Origin: the human T2T-CHM13v2.0 reference genome, Homo sapiens | DNA length: 64,000 nt | Assembly (NCBI RefSeq): GCF_009914755.1 | Contig: NC_060926.1 | Reading direction: 5' to 3' (one strand) | Part shown: positions 47,117 through 58,425 of the stretch, in pieces | Layout: each line of letters begins with the position of its first letter | Numbering within the stretch: the first letter of the stretch is position 1 | Notes under the pieces: generated by a model | What the model was told of the DNA's origin: nothing | Databases searched by the model: none | Seen by the model: only the letters and a program-made list of their open reading frames with translations | Program-made: the position numbers and the translations under genes

Positions 47117-47833
47117 TTCCCCCACTTACAGGAGCTGGGAACATTCTTCATGCTCTTTATGGGGGCGGGGGGGAGATGAATTTTATGAGGTTGATGAGAA
47201 AACAAGTTCAAAAGTCAAGTCAGCTCATTTTGAGGGGAGGATCTCCTACCTTTAGTTTCCCCATACTTTCCCCTTGCCCATGTCAGCATATGCATATACA
47301 CATGTACAATAATGATACCAGAGTGACCAAAGAACACAACTTTACAAGAAGCAGCAGAACCAAAAAGGCAACTACCCTTCCATCTCCCTCCTGCCCTTGA
47401 ACCACTGATTCTCCATGTTAAATATTCCATCGTTCAAAATATGGCTACACATATTGAAGACTTTGTCCTTCCTAACGGTGTCATAAAGCTGAAGGGTTTC
47501 CTTGTCACCATGAGTGCGCATAGAAGTATCAACAGCACTGCAACCAGCACTGCTTGGGTTCACACACACGGCAGAGAACCATGAGAGAGCACAAGGTATG
47601 CAAGAGTTTAAAACTTTCAGTTTCCTAGAAACCACAGTCATGTCAAAAAGGGAAGACAAGAAGATCGCCATGTGCTATGGGAAGATGCCTAATTAGAAAG
47701 GAACTAAAAGAGAGGACAAAGGCTGGGAAGGGGAGTAAGTTTTGCAAAATTGTTTTCTCATCAACTTCAAAAAAGGCAACCCAAATCCCCCAAAGAGCAT
47801 AAGGAATGTTCCCAGCTCCTGTAGGTGGGGGAA
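47117..47833. repeat. Long imperfect inverted repeat (arms 47117-47205 and 47750-47833)
   Basis: 47117-47158 matches the reverse complement of 47792-47833 at 39/42; 47186-47205 matches that of 47750-47769 at 19/20. Confidence 0.9.
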
Positions 47834-48659
47834 GGTCAGTATGGTAGGTGCACCTAATAGCAATAACTTAAGAAATGACAGCTGCCATGCGGGGGCCGCT
47901 GCTAAGTGCAAGTGCTCTACAAACCGCACGCTTTTTGCAAGAGGTTGCAGTTCTCCTGTCCAGTCTGCCACCTTTGGACTGTTCCTGCATGTAAGTTCTC
48001 ACAAATAAAACCCCATATCTCATTTGCTGGCTCTGGGTCTCTTCTCTGGACTCTTGAACCTAGTGCCGTCCCTGTTGAAGTTAACTGGAGTCTGACAAGA
48101 CAAAAATTCACGTCAAAGCTTCACTCAGACTAATCAGAAACCCAAGCCCAAGCTGGTGCATGGTGGTGCTAGGTCCTGCCATGTGATTCTCATGACTTGC
48201 ATACAGCCACTCAGTCATCATAAGTGCTGTCTCTGAAACAAGGAAGAAAAAAATAATCATGTCTCAAGCTGATGCTTTAGTTTTGGCAACAGTGAGTCAC
48301 TGGCAGGTGAGGAAGAGGAAGTGGTGATATCTCATGTGGGGGCTGGGGGTCGCCTCCATCCTGAGAGGAGGAAAGGTAGGGGGCAGAAAAATGGCTTCTG
48401 GGTCCAAGGGGCCTAAATTCCCTTCTACCTGCAAAAGTAGAGAAGAATCCACTGGCTTGAACACACTCCACATATATGCTAAGAGATCTCTACTCTGGGA
48501 CCATTCTTCCTATAAAAATGGCACTAAAACATATTTCTCTATTTTAACAGGCATCTCTGTGCAATGATTATTTGGATTTTAAAAAAATATGAGAAGAACT
48601 TCATTTCTGCTTAGTCCTGTGGACAGAGAACGGTGGAGCTTCACCAGAAAGCTCCTCTC

Positions 48660-48910
48660 AGCACAGCAGTCACAGCACCAACTTTGGAATCCAGCTACCC
48701 AGATTTGAATCCTCATCCCACGCTGGCAAGCCACATAAAATTGGACAATTTATTTAATGTCTTTGTGCCTTGGTTTCCTTCCCCACAAAATGGGAGTTCT
48801 AGCTAATGGAGTTGCTCTGTATCAAGAGAGCTGACACATGGACACATTTAGACCCACAGCAAGTGCTTACTGGCATGTAAGTTTCTAATAAATAGTTCGC
48901 ATCATTATTA
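48660..48910 (+). mobile_element. MIR
   Basis: ctttggaatccagctacccagatttgaatcct...tgtgccttggtttcct...aaaatggg. Confidence 0.7.
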
Positions 48911-49229
48911 CCTTCTGGGCGCTTTGTATTTGTCACTTACAGTGATAAAAATTTCAGACGGCAATCTAAGAAGAGGCTCCTAGAGTTCGAAGAAACAAAA
49001 GCAATAAAACCAAGTTCAGCACCATGACACTTCTCACTCAAACCCCATGGAGAAGGCCACGACCCCTAGAAATGGGAGGCCATTTGATCTACAATCGAGA
49101 AAGAACTCAAGGGCCAATAACGAAACTGAAGGCAATGGAGTTCTCGGAAAAGGGGTTCACCGCATCCATGCAGCTACTGTCAGCCATGCTGTAAAACCAC
49201 TAACAGATCTTTCATAGCCTAGCACTCAC

Positions 49230-49600
49230 GCACCATCACTCCCAGTGACCTCATGGTCCCCTCCCCTCCCCTACATCTGCTCCAGCCACACTGTCTGCCT
49301 GCCCCCTATGAGATGCCCCCTGCTCTCAGGCCCATGGCTTGCTCTCTGCTCCCTCAATCCCTCCCATCTTTGTAGCTTTCTCAGGGAGGCTTTTTCTGAC
49401 CACATTATTGAACGCATAACTGCTATTCCTGTCCTCCTCCATCCCCTTTCTGGCTTCATTTTTCTCCATAGCATCCCTCACAATCTAATATGTATTTTAT
49501 TTCTCACTCCCTGAGGCAGGAATTTCTGACCATTTGTTCACTGCTCCATCTCCAGGGCCTAGAGCAGCACCTGGCTCCTAGTAGTGCTGAATAGATGGGC
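49230..49600 (+). mobile_element. L2 3' fragment
   Basis: ctccagccacactg...ctcagggaggctttttctgaccac...ttgttcactgct...cctagagcagcacctggc. Confidence 0.7.
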
Positions 49601-50703
49601 TACAAAATCTCTGCACAGGAAATGCAGACTATTGCTTGGCAGATGTAAAGGTTAAATGATAAAGCAAGCACATCACTAAGCTCTCCTTGCCCTGCTCCAG
49701 GATAAAGTCATATTTTGGATGCCCTAATTGATATCCAAGTATAATTTCTCAACTGCTGCCAGCAGCAGAACTAAGGAACAATGAAAAACCTTGAAATGAA
49801 GAACATAAACAGATCACGCTGCCAAGAGACGGCTGCATCAGGGAAGGGCAGCAGCCTCTAGCAAAAACCACAGACTCACTGCCCAGCCATGGTGTCTGAA
49901 GCAACATCCACAAAAGCATGTGTGCACTAAGATCCTACAAGGCAGAGGTCATGGAATGAATGTCCAGAGATCATTATGTAGGATAGCCAGGTGGCCTATA
50001 TGCCTGCTCTATGGTCACCCATGTGAAAAATCACAGGTGAAAAACCCCTCCCCATTAACTAAGTTCCAGGCAAGGCACAATCCTCAATGTTTGTTTGGAA
50101 GATAAAGTACCCAGAAACGTAAGTTTCTTGACCATTGCATTTTAGAAGACCTCTCTGAAATTTCTAGTAAAAAAAAAAAAAAAAAAAGTACAAAGGCATG
50201 TGATAAAGACTCGAGATTCTTGCTAAAGAAATAAGAGAGTCTGGGTGGCCAGAGAGTCTGGGTGGCAACTTTTACCGGATTCAGACACAAATGTTCATTC
50301 AAATTATCTATAATGTGAAAGTATCCACAATGTGCCAGGTACTAAGCTTAGCAGGTAAACTTAGAGTAGTATTTCCATTTCTAGCTAAGGAACATGAGGC
50401 TCACCAAAGGCAATTACTTGTCCAGAATCAAAGAGCTGGTAAGCAGCAGAGTCCAATGCCCAGCTCCAGACCCAGCACCAGTGACCTGCCAACTACTCCA
50501 CAGACACTTCAGGGACAGGACACTTCATGGATGCCTGGGTATTCTTCATATAGAACTTGAGAGGCCCCTAAACTGTGAGCTCTGCCTGCAGACATTTCAT
50601 TCTCTTATAACTATGTCACATGTAGAGATCTTTATTAAATCTAACCATCACATTTCAACCCCACCTGGAAACTGGGACAGAAAGAGATGGCAACCTCGTC
50701 CTC

Positions 50704-50835
50704 TTTTTTCTTTTTTAGAGACAGGGTCTCACTGTGTTGTCCAAGCCAGATTCAAACTCCTGGGCTCAAGTGATCCTCCCACCTCAGCCTCCTGAGTAGC
50801 TGGGACTATGGGACTACAGGCACAGAGTCTGGCTA
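50704..50835 (-). mobile_element. Alu monomer (FLAM/AluJ fragment)
   Basis: gagacagggtctcactgtgttg...ctcctgggctcaagtgatcctcccacctcagcctcc. Confidence 0.85.
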
Positions 50836-50994
50836 CCTCACACTCTGGACCTAATAGATTCTCAAGTGATGGCTGCAAATAGAACCATCTAGTAAAACCT
50901 TTAGGCAAGTTATTTAATCTCTCTGTTCCTCCATTTCCTCTTAGAGGGTTGTTGTGAGAATCAAATGAGTTAATACATTAAAAATACCTGGAAT

Positions 50995-51289
50995 GGCCGG
51001 GTGGGGTGGCTCACGCCTGTAATCCAGCACTTTGGGAGGCCGAGGCGGGCAGATTACGAGGTCAAGAGATAGAGACCATCCTGGCTAACACAGTGAAACC
51101 CCGTCTCTACTAAAAATACAAAAAATTAGCCGGGCGCGGTGGCGGGCACCTGTAGTCCCAGCTACTCGGGAGGCTGAAGCAGGAGGATGGCGTGAACCCG
51201 GGAGGCGGAGCTTGCAGTGAGTCTAGATCGCGCCACTGCACTCCAGCCTGGGAGACAGAGCGAGACTCCGTCTCAAAAAAAAAAAAAAA
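50995..51289 (+). mobile_element. AluY (CpG-rich) inserted in a MIR
   Basis: ggcgtgaacccgggaggcggagcttgcagtg; TSD aaaaatacctggaa (50980-50993, 51285-51298). Confidence 0.95.
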
Positions 51290-51741
51290 TACCTGGAAGA
51301 GTGCCTGGCACAGAGTCCATGCTCAATGAATGTTAGCTGTTATTATCAATATTTCTTATAAACATAAAGCAAAATTGGAATATTTAATTAACAAATAGTC
51401 ATGTGAAGAACCAGTTGCTTCTTCAAATATTTATTAAATATAAAAGCCAACATTTTAGTATAAATGCCTTATAGTATATGTTCCTCCCAGGGAAGATTTT
51501 TGTGCATGGACTTAAGACTTTTTGAAAGAAGAGCCCAACAAAGTCTGGAATGAAGAGCAAGCAAGGCTCTAAGGACCACAAAACAGTGTTCAAAGTTTGG
51601 GTCATCAATTCTAAGATGTTTTACAGTTGAGTCAAGATACATATATGACACTGAAATTCTTCGGATGGCACCTGTTGGAGAAATGGCTGTTTCCAGGGCA
51701 ATTTCCTTTTCTTTAGTGATTCCTTAATCTCAGGCCAAGCT

Positions 51742-52206
51742 TGTATTAGTTGGCAAGGGCTGCCAAAACAAAGTAACACAAACTAGGTGGCTTAACCAGG
51801 AGAACTTTATTGTCTGAGTTCTAGAGGCTAGAAGTCTAAAATCAAGGTGTGAGCACCATTGGTTCCTTCTACAGGCTGCAGAGGAAACTGGCCCCAGGCC
51901 TCTCTCTAGCTGCTGGTGGTTTGCTGGCAAACTTTGGCATTCCTTGGCTTCTGCTGCATCACGCTGATCACTGCCTCCATTTTCACGTGGCATTCTCTTT
52001 GCGTGCGTATCTGTGTCCACATTTCCCCTTTTCATAAGGACGCTAGTCATGTTGCATTAGGTCCCACCATACTCCAGCATGACCTCATCTTAACTCATTA
52101 ATTACATCTGCAACAATCTTATTTCCAAAGGAAGTCACATTCTGAGATACTGGGAGTTAGGACTTCAACATGAGAATTTTGGAGGGACACAATTCAACCC
52201 ATGACA
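51742..52206 (-). mobile_element. MLT1C-like MaLR LTR
   Basis: tgtattagtt...gggctgcc...aagtctaaaatcaaggtgt...ggacttcaacatgagaattttgg...acaattcaacccatgaca. Confidence 0.88.
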
Positions 52207-52663
52207 GAGCTGTTGACAGAATCCAGGCCTCGTCAGCCAGGGCTGCAGTGGGATTGGTGCAACAGCAGCAGAACTCCTGGCCCAGTCACGAGACGGCAGG
52301 AAGCACCAGTGTGGGCTGTTATTGACATCTGTAATTAACCACAGAAATGTAGCAAGTGGCAGAGGTTATTAGAGCAAGCCATCTTAAGTCAAGCATCACC
52401 TATATTTGTTAATTCAATCCACCAGAAAAACCCCAAAGGCTCCTATTATCCTTTCCACACCAGTAAGCTGTAGACAGAGTACACTTCCTTTCCCATGAAA
52501 CCTGGGCAAAATGAGAAGGGGAAACAGGGGTCTAATTAGGGTAAATCTTGGACTTAAGATCTCATCTGTGAGTCCTGAGAAGCCATGGCCTTTAAAGTCC
52601 TGAAAAAAAAAATGGCTTAAATAAAAGGTCTACCCTCAACTTTGAACCAAAGTACCACCCCTT

Positions 52664-52966
52664 GGCAGGGCATAGTGGCTCACGCCTGTAATCCCAGCAC
52701 TTTGGGAGGCCGAGTTGGGAGGATCACCTGAGGTCAGGAGTTCGAGACCAACCTGGCCAACATGGTGAGGCCCCGCTTCTACTAAAAATACAAAAAATTA
52801 GCTAGGTATGGTGGCACATGCCTGTAATCCTGGCTACTAGGGAGTCTGAGGCAGGAGAATTGCTTGAACCTAGGAGGCAGAGGTTGCAGTGAGCCAAAAT
52901 ACGCCATTGCACTCCAGCCTGGGTGACAGAGCGGGACTCTGTCAAAACAAACAAAGAAGAAAACAA
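52664..52966 (+). mobile_element. AluSx-like
   Basis: Full dimer; TSD aaagta(c/t)cacccc. Confidence 0.95.
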
Positions 52967-54773
52967 AGTATCACCCCCGTGTGAGAAGCTAGGCTGAGAA
53001 CACCATCCACAGAAAACCTGAACACAGCAGGCCTCAGTCCCCAAGGCCAGCCTTTGTGCCTGTCTTCCTGCACATCCAGGTCAAAGGCCTAAGAAGACAC
53101 AAGAGAACCCAGACACGTGGTTCAATCACACAGTCAGGGCATCAAGAAACTCTGTCTCCTAACTGTTCTAAAACTAAGACTCTAAGACTCTCAATAAGAA
53201 AGCAGTTCCTTAACCAAAGAGATCCAAAGGCTTCTGGCTGATGGGATTCTTTTTGTAGGTAACAAAGATGCAGTTTATCCACACAATGTGGAAAACCTGG
53301 AAGGCTCCAGAGATATCCTCCTGGGCACTGACAAGAAGGTATTCAAACAAATAACAAGAAGGGATGCACTTCAAATCCAATTACTGCAGAGTGTTTATAT
53401 TTAATCTACTTTTAGGAGGAAAGCAACTTCACAGTGCTCCCTGTTGTGTAGTATGAAAAATAATCCAGGCAGTTACAACCTCTCTATAAATCACCACATC
53501 CAAAGGGAAGGAAAATGTTACAGAAGGCCAGACAAAATGTAAATGTGAGTCCTTTCAACATCAGCCAGGTTCCTACCCAACTTGTAACATCTCCATAAGC
53601 CAAAGTCTACTTACCCTGTGGTCCTACAATTGGCATTTTTGGAACCAAGAGAATTCACCACGTGAATGTGGGAACTATTGGTATCGTTCCAAAAATCCCA
53701 CTCCTGGTAGAGCTGTGAGCAGATCCTGGAGAATCAGCCAGGCCACAGTCCTGGAAAGCTGCTAAGTTGTTAATGGAATTAACCATTCTCTGGCAACTCC
53801 AAAAGAAAACAGTGAGTCAGACAATAAGAAAGGAGGGAAAGGGGAAGGAGATGAATGATTCTGCAATAAAGCCATCGTCCACCACTGCTAAGCTATGCCA
53901 ATCACACCTTGTCACATCATCATTCATGACAGAGAAGCAAAGTCAAACAGAAAAGACAATTATCACCTTGGGGTCCAATCAGCAGTTCCTAAACCCGATG
54001 AAACTGGAGTGGCATGGGCAGTAAGAGAGAAGACAAGGTCATCCCTGGGGACAAGGAGAGGGCACTGAACCAGCATGTGCCATTAACCAAGGCACATGCT
54101 CTCTCATGTGCCTTGAGACTCTCTCCAGAGGGACAGTCTTGCATTCACACATTTATTAGATGCCTGCTCTATACAAAGAACAAATGCTAGATGGGGTAAG
54201 AGGAAACTAATAGGAGGTATGCATGGACCCTGACCCCTACAAACTCATTCCAGTAAGGCAATGTACACAATGAAAGGTTTGCCTCTCACAGGAGAACAAG
54301 GGCCATAGCATTTATTCTTTGATCATGTCAGAATCAAGAAGGGCTACATGGAAGGATGGCAAGTAAACAGGCAAAACGTTGGGGGGGGAAGAGGCCATTC
54401 GGTGGGGAGGAAGAGGACCAGTTAGACCAAAGTGTAGAGTTCATGAAGAGCAGCAAACAAAGGAGTAGGGGCTTTCTTTAGTAGGAAATGGGGGACATTT
54501 CACATTAGAGGGAATAGGCGATACCCCTCAAAAAGTTTATTGTCCAGCAATGCCAAAGATAAATAGGAAGAGACAAAGGTCAAAGGCAGAGTATAACTAT
54601 GAGGCTACTGCAATAGTCCATGCACAAGGTCATGACATCCAGAAGTGAGAGGCAGCAGAAAGAAGGGACTGAGGTAAGCTCTGAGGTACAGGTAGAATAC
54701 ACAGGACCCAGGCACTGAAAAGGGAATGAGAGAAGGTAATGTTCAAGAAAGAGGTCAAAATTCAAAGAAGAAT

Positions 54774-55402
54774 TGTTAAAGGCATTTGAACCAGAGCAAC
54801 TCCATCTTGAATAGGGGCTGGGAAAAATAAGGCTGAGACCCACTGGGCTGCATTCCCAGGAGGTTAGGCATTCTTAGTCACTGGATGAGATGGGAGGTTG
54901 GCACAAGATATAGGTCACAAAGACCTTGCTGATAAAACAGGATGCAGTAAAGAAGCCAGCCAGAACCTACCAAAACCAAGAAGGCGATGAAAGTGACCTC
55001 TGGTCGTCCTCACTGCTCATTATACACTAATTATAATGTTTTAGTATGCTAAAAGACACTCCCACCAGCACCATGACAGTTTACAGATGCCATGGCAATG
55101 TCAGGAAGTTACCCTATAAGGTCTAAAAAGAGGAGGAACCCTCAGTTCTGGGAATTGCTCTCCCCTTGCCTGGAAAACTCATGAATAGTCCACCCATTGT
55201 TTAGCAAATAATCAAGAAATAACCATAAAAATAGCCAACCAGCAGCCCTCAGGGCTGTTCTGCCAATGGAGTAGCCATTCTTTATTCCTTTACTTTCCAA
55301 ATAAACTTGCTTTCACTTCATGGACTCGCCCTGAATTCTTTTCTTGCACGAGATCCAAGAACCCTCTCTTGGGGTCTGGATTGGGACTCCTTTCTGGTAA
55401 CA
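54774..55402 (+). mobile_element. MER41B-like ERV1 solo LTR
   Basis: TG...CA ends, 4-bp TSD gaat, tttgaaccagagcaactccatcttgaataggggctggg start, contains the GAS block. Confidence 0.92.
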
Positions 55403-56027
55403 GAATGACCCATTGAGCACTCATTGAGTGCCTATTGTGAACAGCACACTGGTAATACAAACATCAATAAGACTCCTCCCACCCAGTCCTCAAGAAACCT
55501 GGGTGAGACAGGGAATCAACAGCCACAGTACTAATGACAACAGCTATATGATCTGAGTTTTAATAAATAGACTTGCTCTTATTCATCAGTCACTCATAAA
55601 ATTCCCATCATCCTTCATGCCCTCTCCCACCCTCCAGGCCCAAGCCCAACTGATTCTTTTTTTTTTTTCTATAAGAGTCATTGACAAGTATACCCAAGCT
55701 AATTCTATGAAATTTAAGGTTAGGGTCCCCAATTTCAGACAAGGATCTAGTACAGAAACAGAAAGGTTAAGTAACTTGCCCTAGATCACAAAGCCAGTCG
55801 GTGGCCAAACCAGCTTGTCTGTCTCTAGCCCTGTGTTCCTCCTGGCCTCGCCTCCATGAAATCTTCTACCTAACCCTTCTTCCCACTCTCAGAGACCCCA
55901 GCTCAGCCTGACCACTGTCACTCAGCATCTGAGCTACTGTGGCTGCCCCAGTCATGTTACTGACCCCATCACTTACTCAAAGTTAACCTTTGGGTCAGTA
56001 TTATTTCTTCTGTGGTCACCAGAAAGA

Positions 56028-57131
56028 TGTTACCAGAAAGGGGGTCCAGATCCAGACCCCAAGAGAGGGTTCTTGGATCTTGTGCAAGAAAGAATTCAGG
56101 ATGAGTCCATATAGTAAAGTGAAAGCAAGTTTATTAAGAAAGTAAAGGAATAAAAGAATGGCTATTCCATAGGCAGAACAGCCCTGAGGGCTGCTGGTAG
56201 TCCCTTTTTATGGTTATTTCCTAATTATATGCTAAACAAGGGGTGAATTATTCATGCCTCCCTTTTTTAGACCATATAGGGTAACTCCTGACATTTCCAT
56301 GGCATTTGTAAGCTGTCATGGTGAGAGACGAGAAAGGAAGAAACCTGTCAGGCAGGCAGTTAGGATAGGTCCTCAGTTGAATTCTTTCAAACAAAAAAAG
56401 AACAGCCTGCAGGCACAGATGGGGGAACTTACACAGAGGGCCTTGCCTAAGACATGCCCACAGCTGCAAAGATAAGAAAGGCTACACAGGTGACTTGCCC
56501 AGACATGCCTGCAATGGAAAGTTCCATTCCCTGACACATGTGCAGTAAGGGGAACAAAGCAATATGGAGTAACTCAAGCTAAGGGCCTACATGTACATTA
56601 GAAGGATGGGGTAGAGCTACCAGAAATCTGTGCCTTATGCAAATGAGACACCCATCCCTCATCAATTTCTTATAAAAGCCTTTGCATTCAACTGTAAAAG
56701 TGACAACCCTCTTCCAGTTCCCCTCTCCGTGGCAGAGAGCTTTCTTCTTTCACTTATTAAACTTTCATTCCAACCTCACCCTTTGTGTCCATGCTCCTTA
56801 ATTCTCTCAGTTGTGAGTCTCTCACAATGAGAGACTGCTGCATTGTGGTGCATTGGGAAGACTGTAACAGTGATGCTGGTGGGAGTGTAGCAGTGAGGAC
56901 AACCAGAGGTCACTCTTGTCACCATCTTGGTTGGGTGAAATTTGGCTGGCTTCTTTACTGCAACCTGTTTTAATAGCCAGGTCTTTATGACCTGTATCTT
57001 GTGCCGATCTCCTATCTCATCCTGTGACTTAGAACACCTAACCATCTGGGAATGCAGCCCAGTAGGTTTCAGCCTCATTTTACCCAGCCCCTATTAAAGA
57101 TGGAGTTGCTCTGGTTCAAATGCCTCTGACA
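56028..57131 (-). mobile_element. MER41A-like solo LTR split by another LTR
   Basis: tgttaccagaaagggg...gaccccaagagagggttcttggatct; ends gatggagttgctctggttcaaatgcctctgaca; lacks the GAS block. Confidence 0.9.
56322..56869 (+). mobile_element. ERV1 solo LTR nested in MER41 (MER61/LTR25-like; family uncertain)
   Basis: TG...CA ends, tataaaag TATA-like box at ~56671, attaaa poly(A)-like signal at ~56756; MER41 sequence resumes on both sides. Confidence 0.78.
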
Positions 57132-57434
57132 GTCACACCTCCAAATCTGTTCCTCCCAGTTCCCACTCAATGCTTCCAGATAAATCTGCCCAAAGCCAGG
57201 TTTGCATCACAACACTGTTCCATTTACAAATGTTCCTGGCTCCCCAGTGTCTACCAAATAAAGCTCACATTCCAAGACTGACATTCAGGGACTCCAACCA
57301 CCCGTCAAATGCCATCACTTAAATATGCTACTACCTCCCATTTAGCTCTCAGAAGCAACACAATCTTATGTTTTCCTGTAGCAATCACAGCCTATGAATG
57401 TGCACATGAGGCAGTCATTCAGACACACAGACAG

Positions 57435-58268
57435 TGTTGATTAAAAAAAAAAAAAAACAACCTGTAAAATATGTAAAGAGATTTACTCTGAGCTACTATG
57501 AGTGACCATGGCCCAGGGAACAGTCTCAAGAGGTCCCAAGAATTGGTTCAGCCTGGAAAGGCAGGACAGTTTGAAGCAGGCAGCGAGGGAGAAGGAGAGT
57601 GTTACAGGCCATAAGTGGATTCAAAGATTTTTGGATTGGCAACTGGTTTAAAAAGTTAAGTTTGTCTGAAGACTTGAAGTCAGTAAAAATTAAAACTTGA
57701 GTTAAGATAAGTGGGGATGTTGTGGAAGCCAAGGTTCTTGTTATGTAGATGATGTCCTTTGGTAGCAGCCTTCAGAGAGAATAGATAGTAAAAGTCTCCT
57801 TTTGGACCTTTAAGGATATCAGACTTTTAGTGAATCTCTCCTAGATCCATGAAAAGCCTGGCTGCATTAATATTCTTTACAGATGCAAATTTCCCCACAA
57901 AAGATAGCTTTGCAAGGCCATTTCAAAATATGTCAAGGAAATATATTTTGGGTTAAAATATTTTTTTTCCTTCAGGGCCTATCTGTCAAGTGATACTATA
58001 CCAGAGTCAGGTTGGAATTTAGTATCTTATGGCCACAAAGAATCTGTTTTGTCAGTGTTAGGATCTCTATTTTAATGTTAATGCTGGTCAGCTATGCCTA
58101 AGCTCCAAAAGGGAGGGGGTATAACAAGGCGTGTGCTCCCTTCTCATCATGGGCAGGAAGTCTGTTTTCAGATTTCTCTGGGGTCCCCTTAGCCCAGGGG
58201 GTTGGGGAGGGGGTTGTTCAGTTGGTTGTGAGGGCTCAGGATTTTATTTTGGTTTTGGTTTATAACAG
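57435..58268 (-). mobile_element. MER4D/E-like ERV1 LTR
   Basis: atgagtgaccatggccc...gtggattcaaagatttt...gtggaagccaaggttcttgttatgtagatga...gccatttcaaaatatgtcaa. Confidence 0.82.
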
Positions 58269-58271
58269 ATA

Positions 58272-58425
58272 ACTATCTCTCCCTGTATGCATATATACAC
58301 ATGTATATAGAGATACAGATATTAATATAGATATAGATAGATAGACTATCTCTCCCTGTATGCATATATACACATGTATATAGAGATACAGATATTAATA
58401 TAGAGATAGATAGATAGATAGATAG
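58272..58425. repeat. Two-copy 73-bp tandem repeat ending in (GATA)n
   Basis: actatctctccctgtatgcatatatacacatgtatatagagatacagatattaatatag starts at 58272 and again at 58345. Confidence 0.92.

Noticed and set aside
47372-47671. 99-aa minus-strand ORF inside the inverted-repeat loop
   Set aside because: No recognisable homology and a length within chance expectation; not called as CDS.
50235-50267. 17-bp tandem duplication gagagtctgggtggc (similar small ones at ~25120-25151 and ~26643-26661)
   Set aside because: Ordinary slippage micro-duplications; two copies only and no spacers, so not CRISPR-like.
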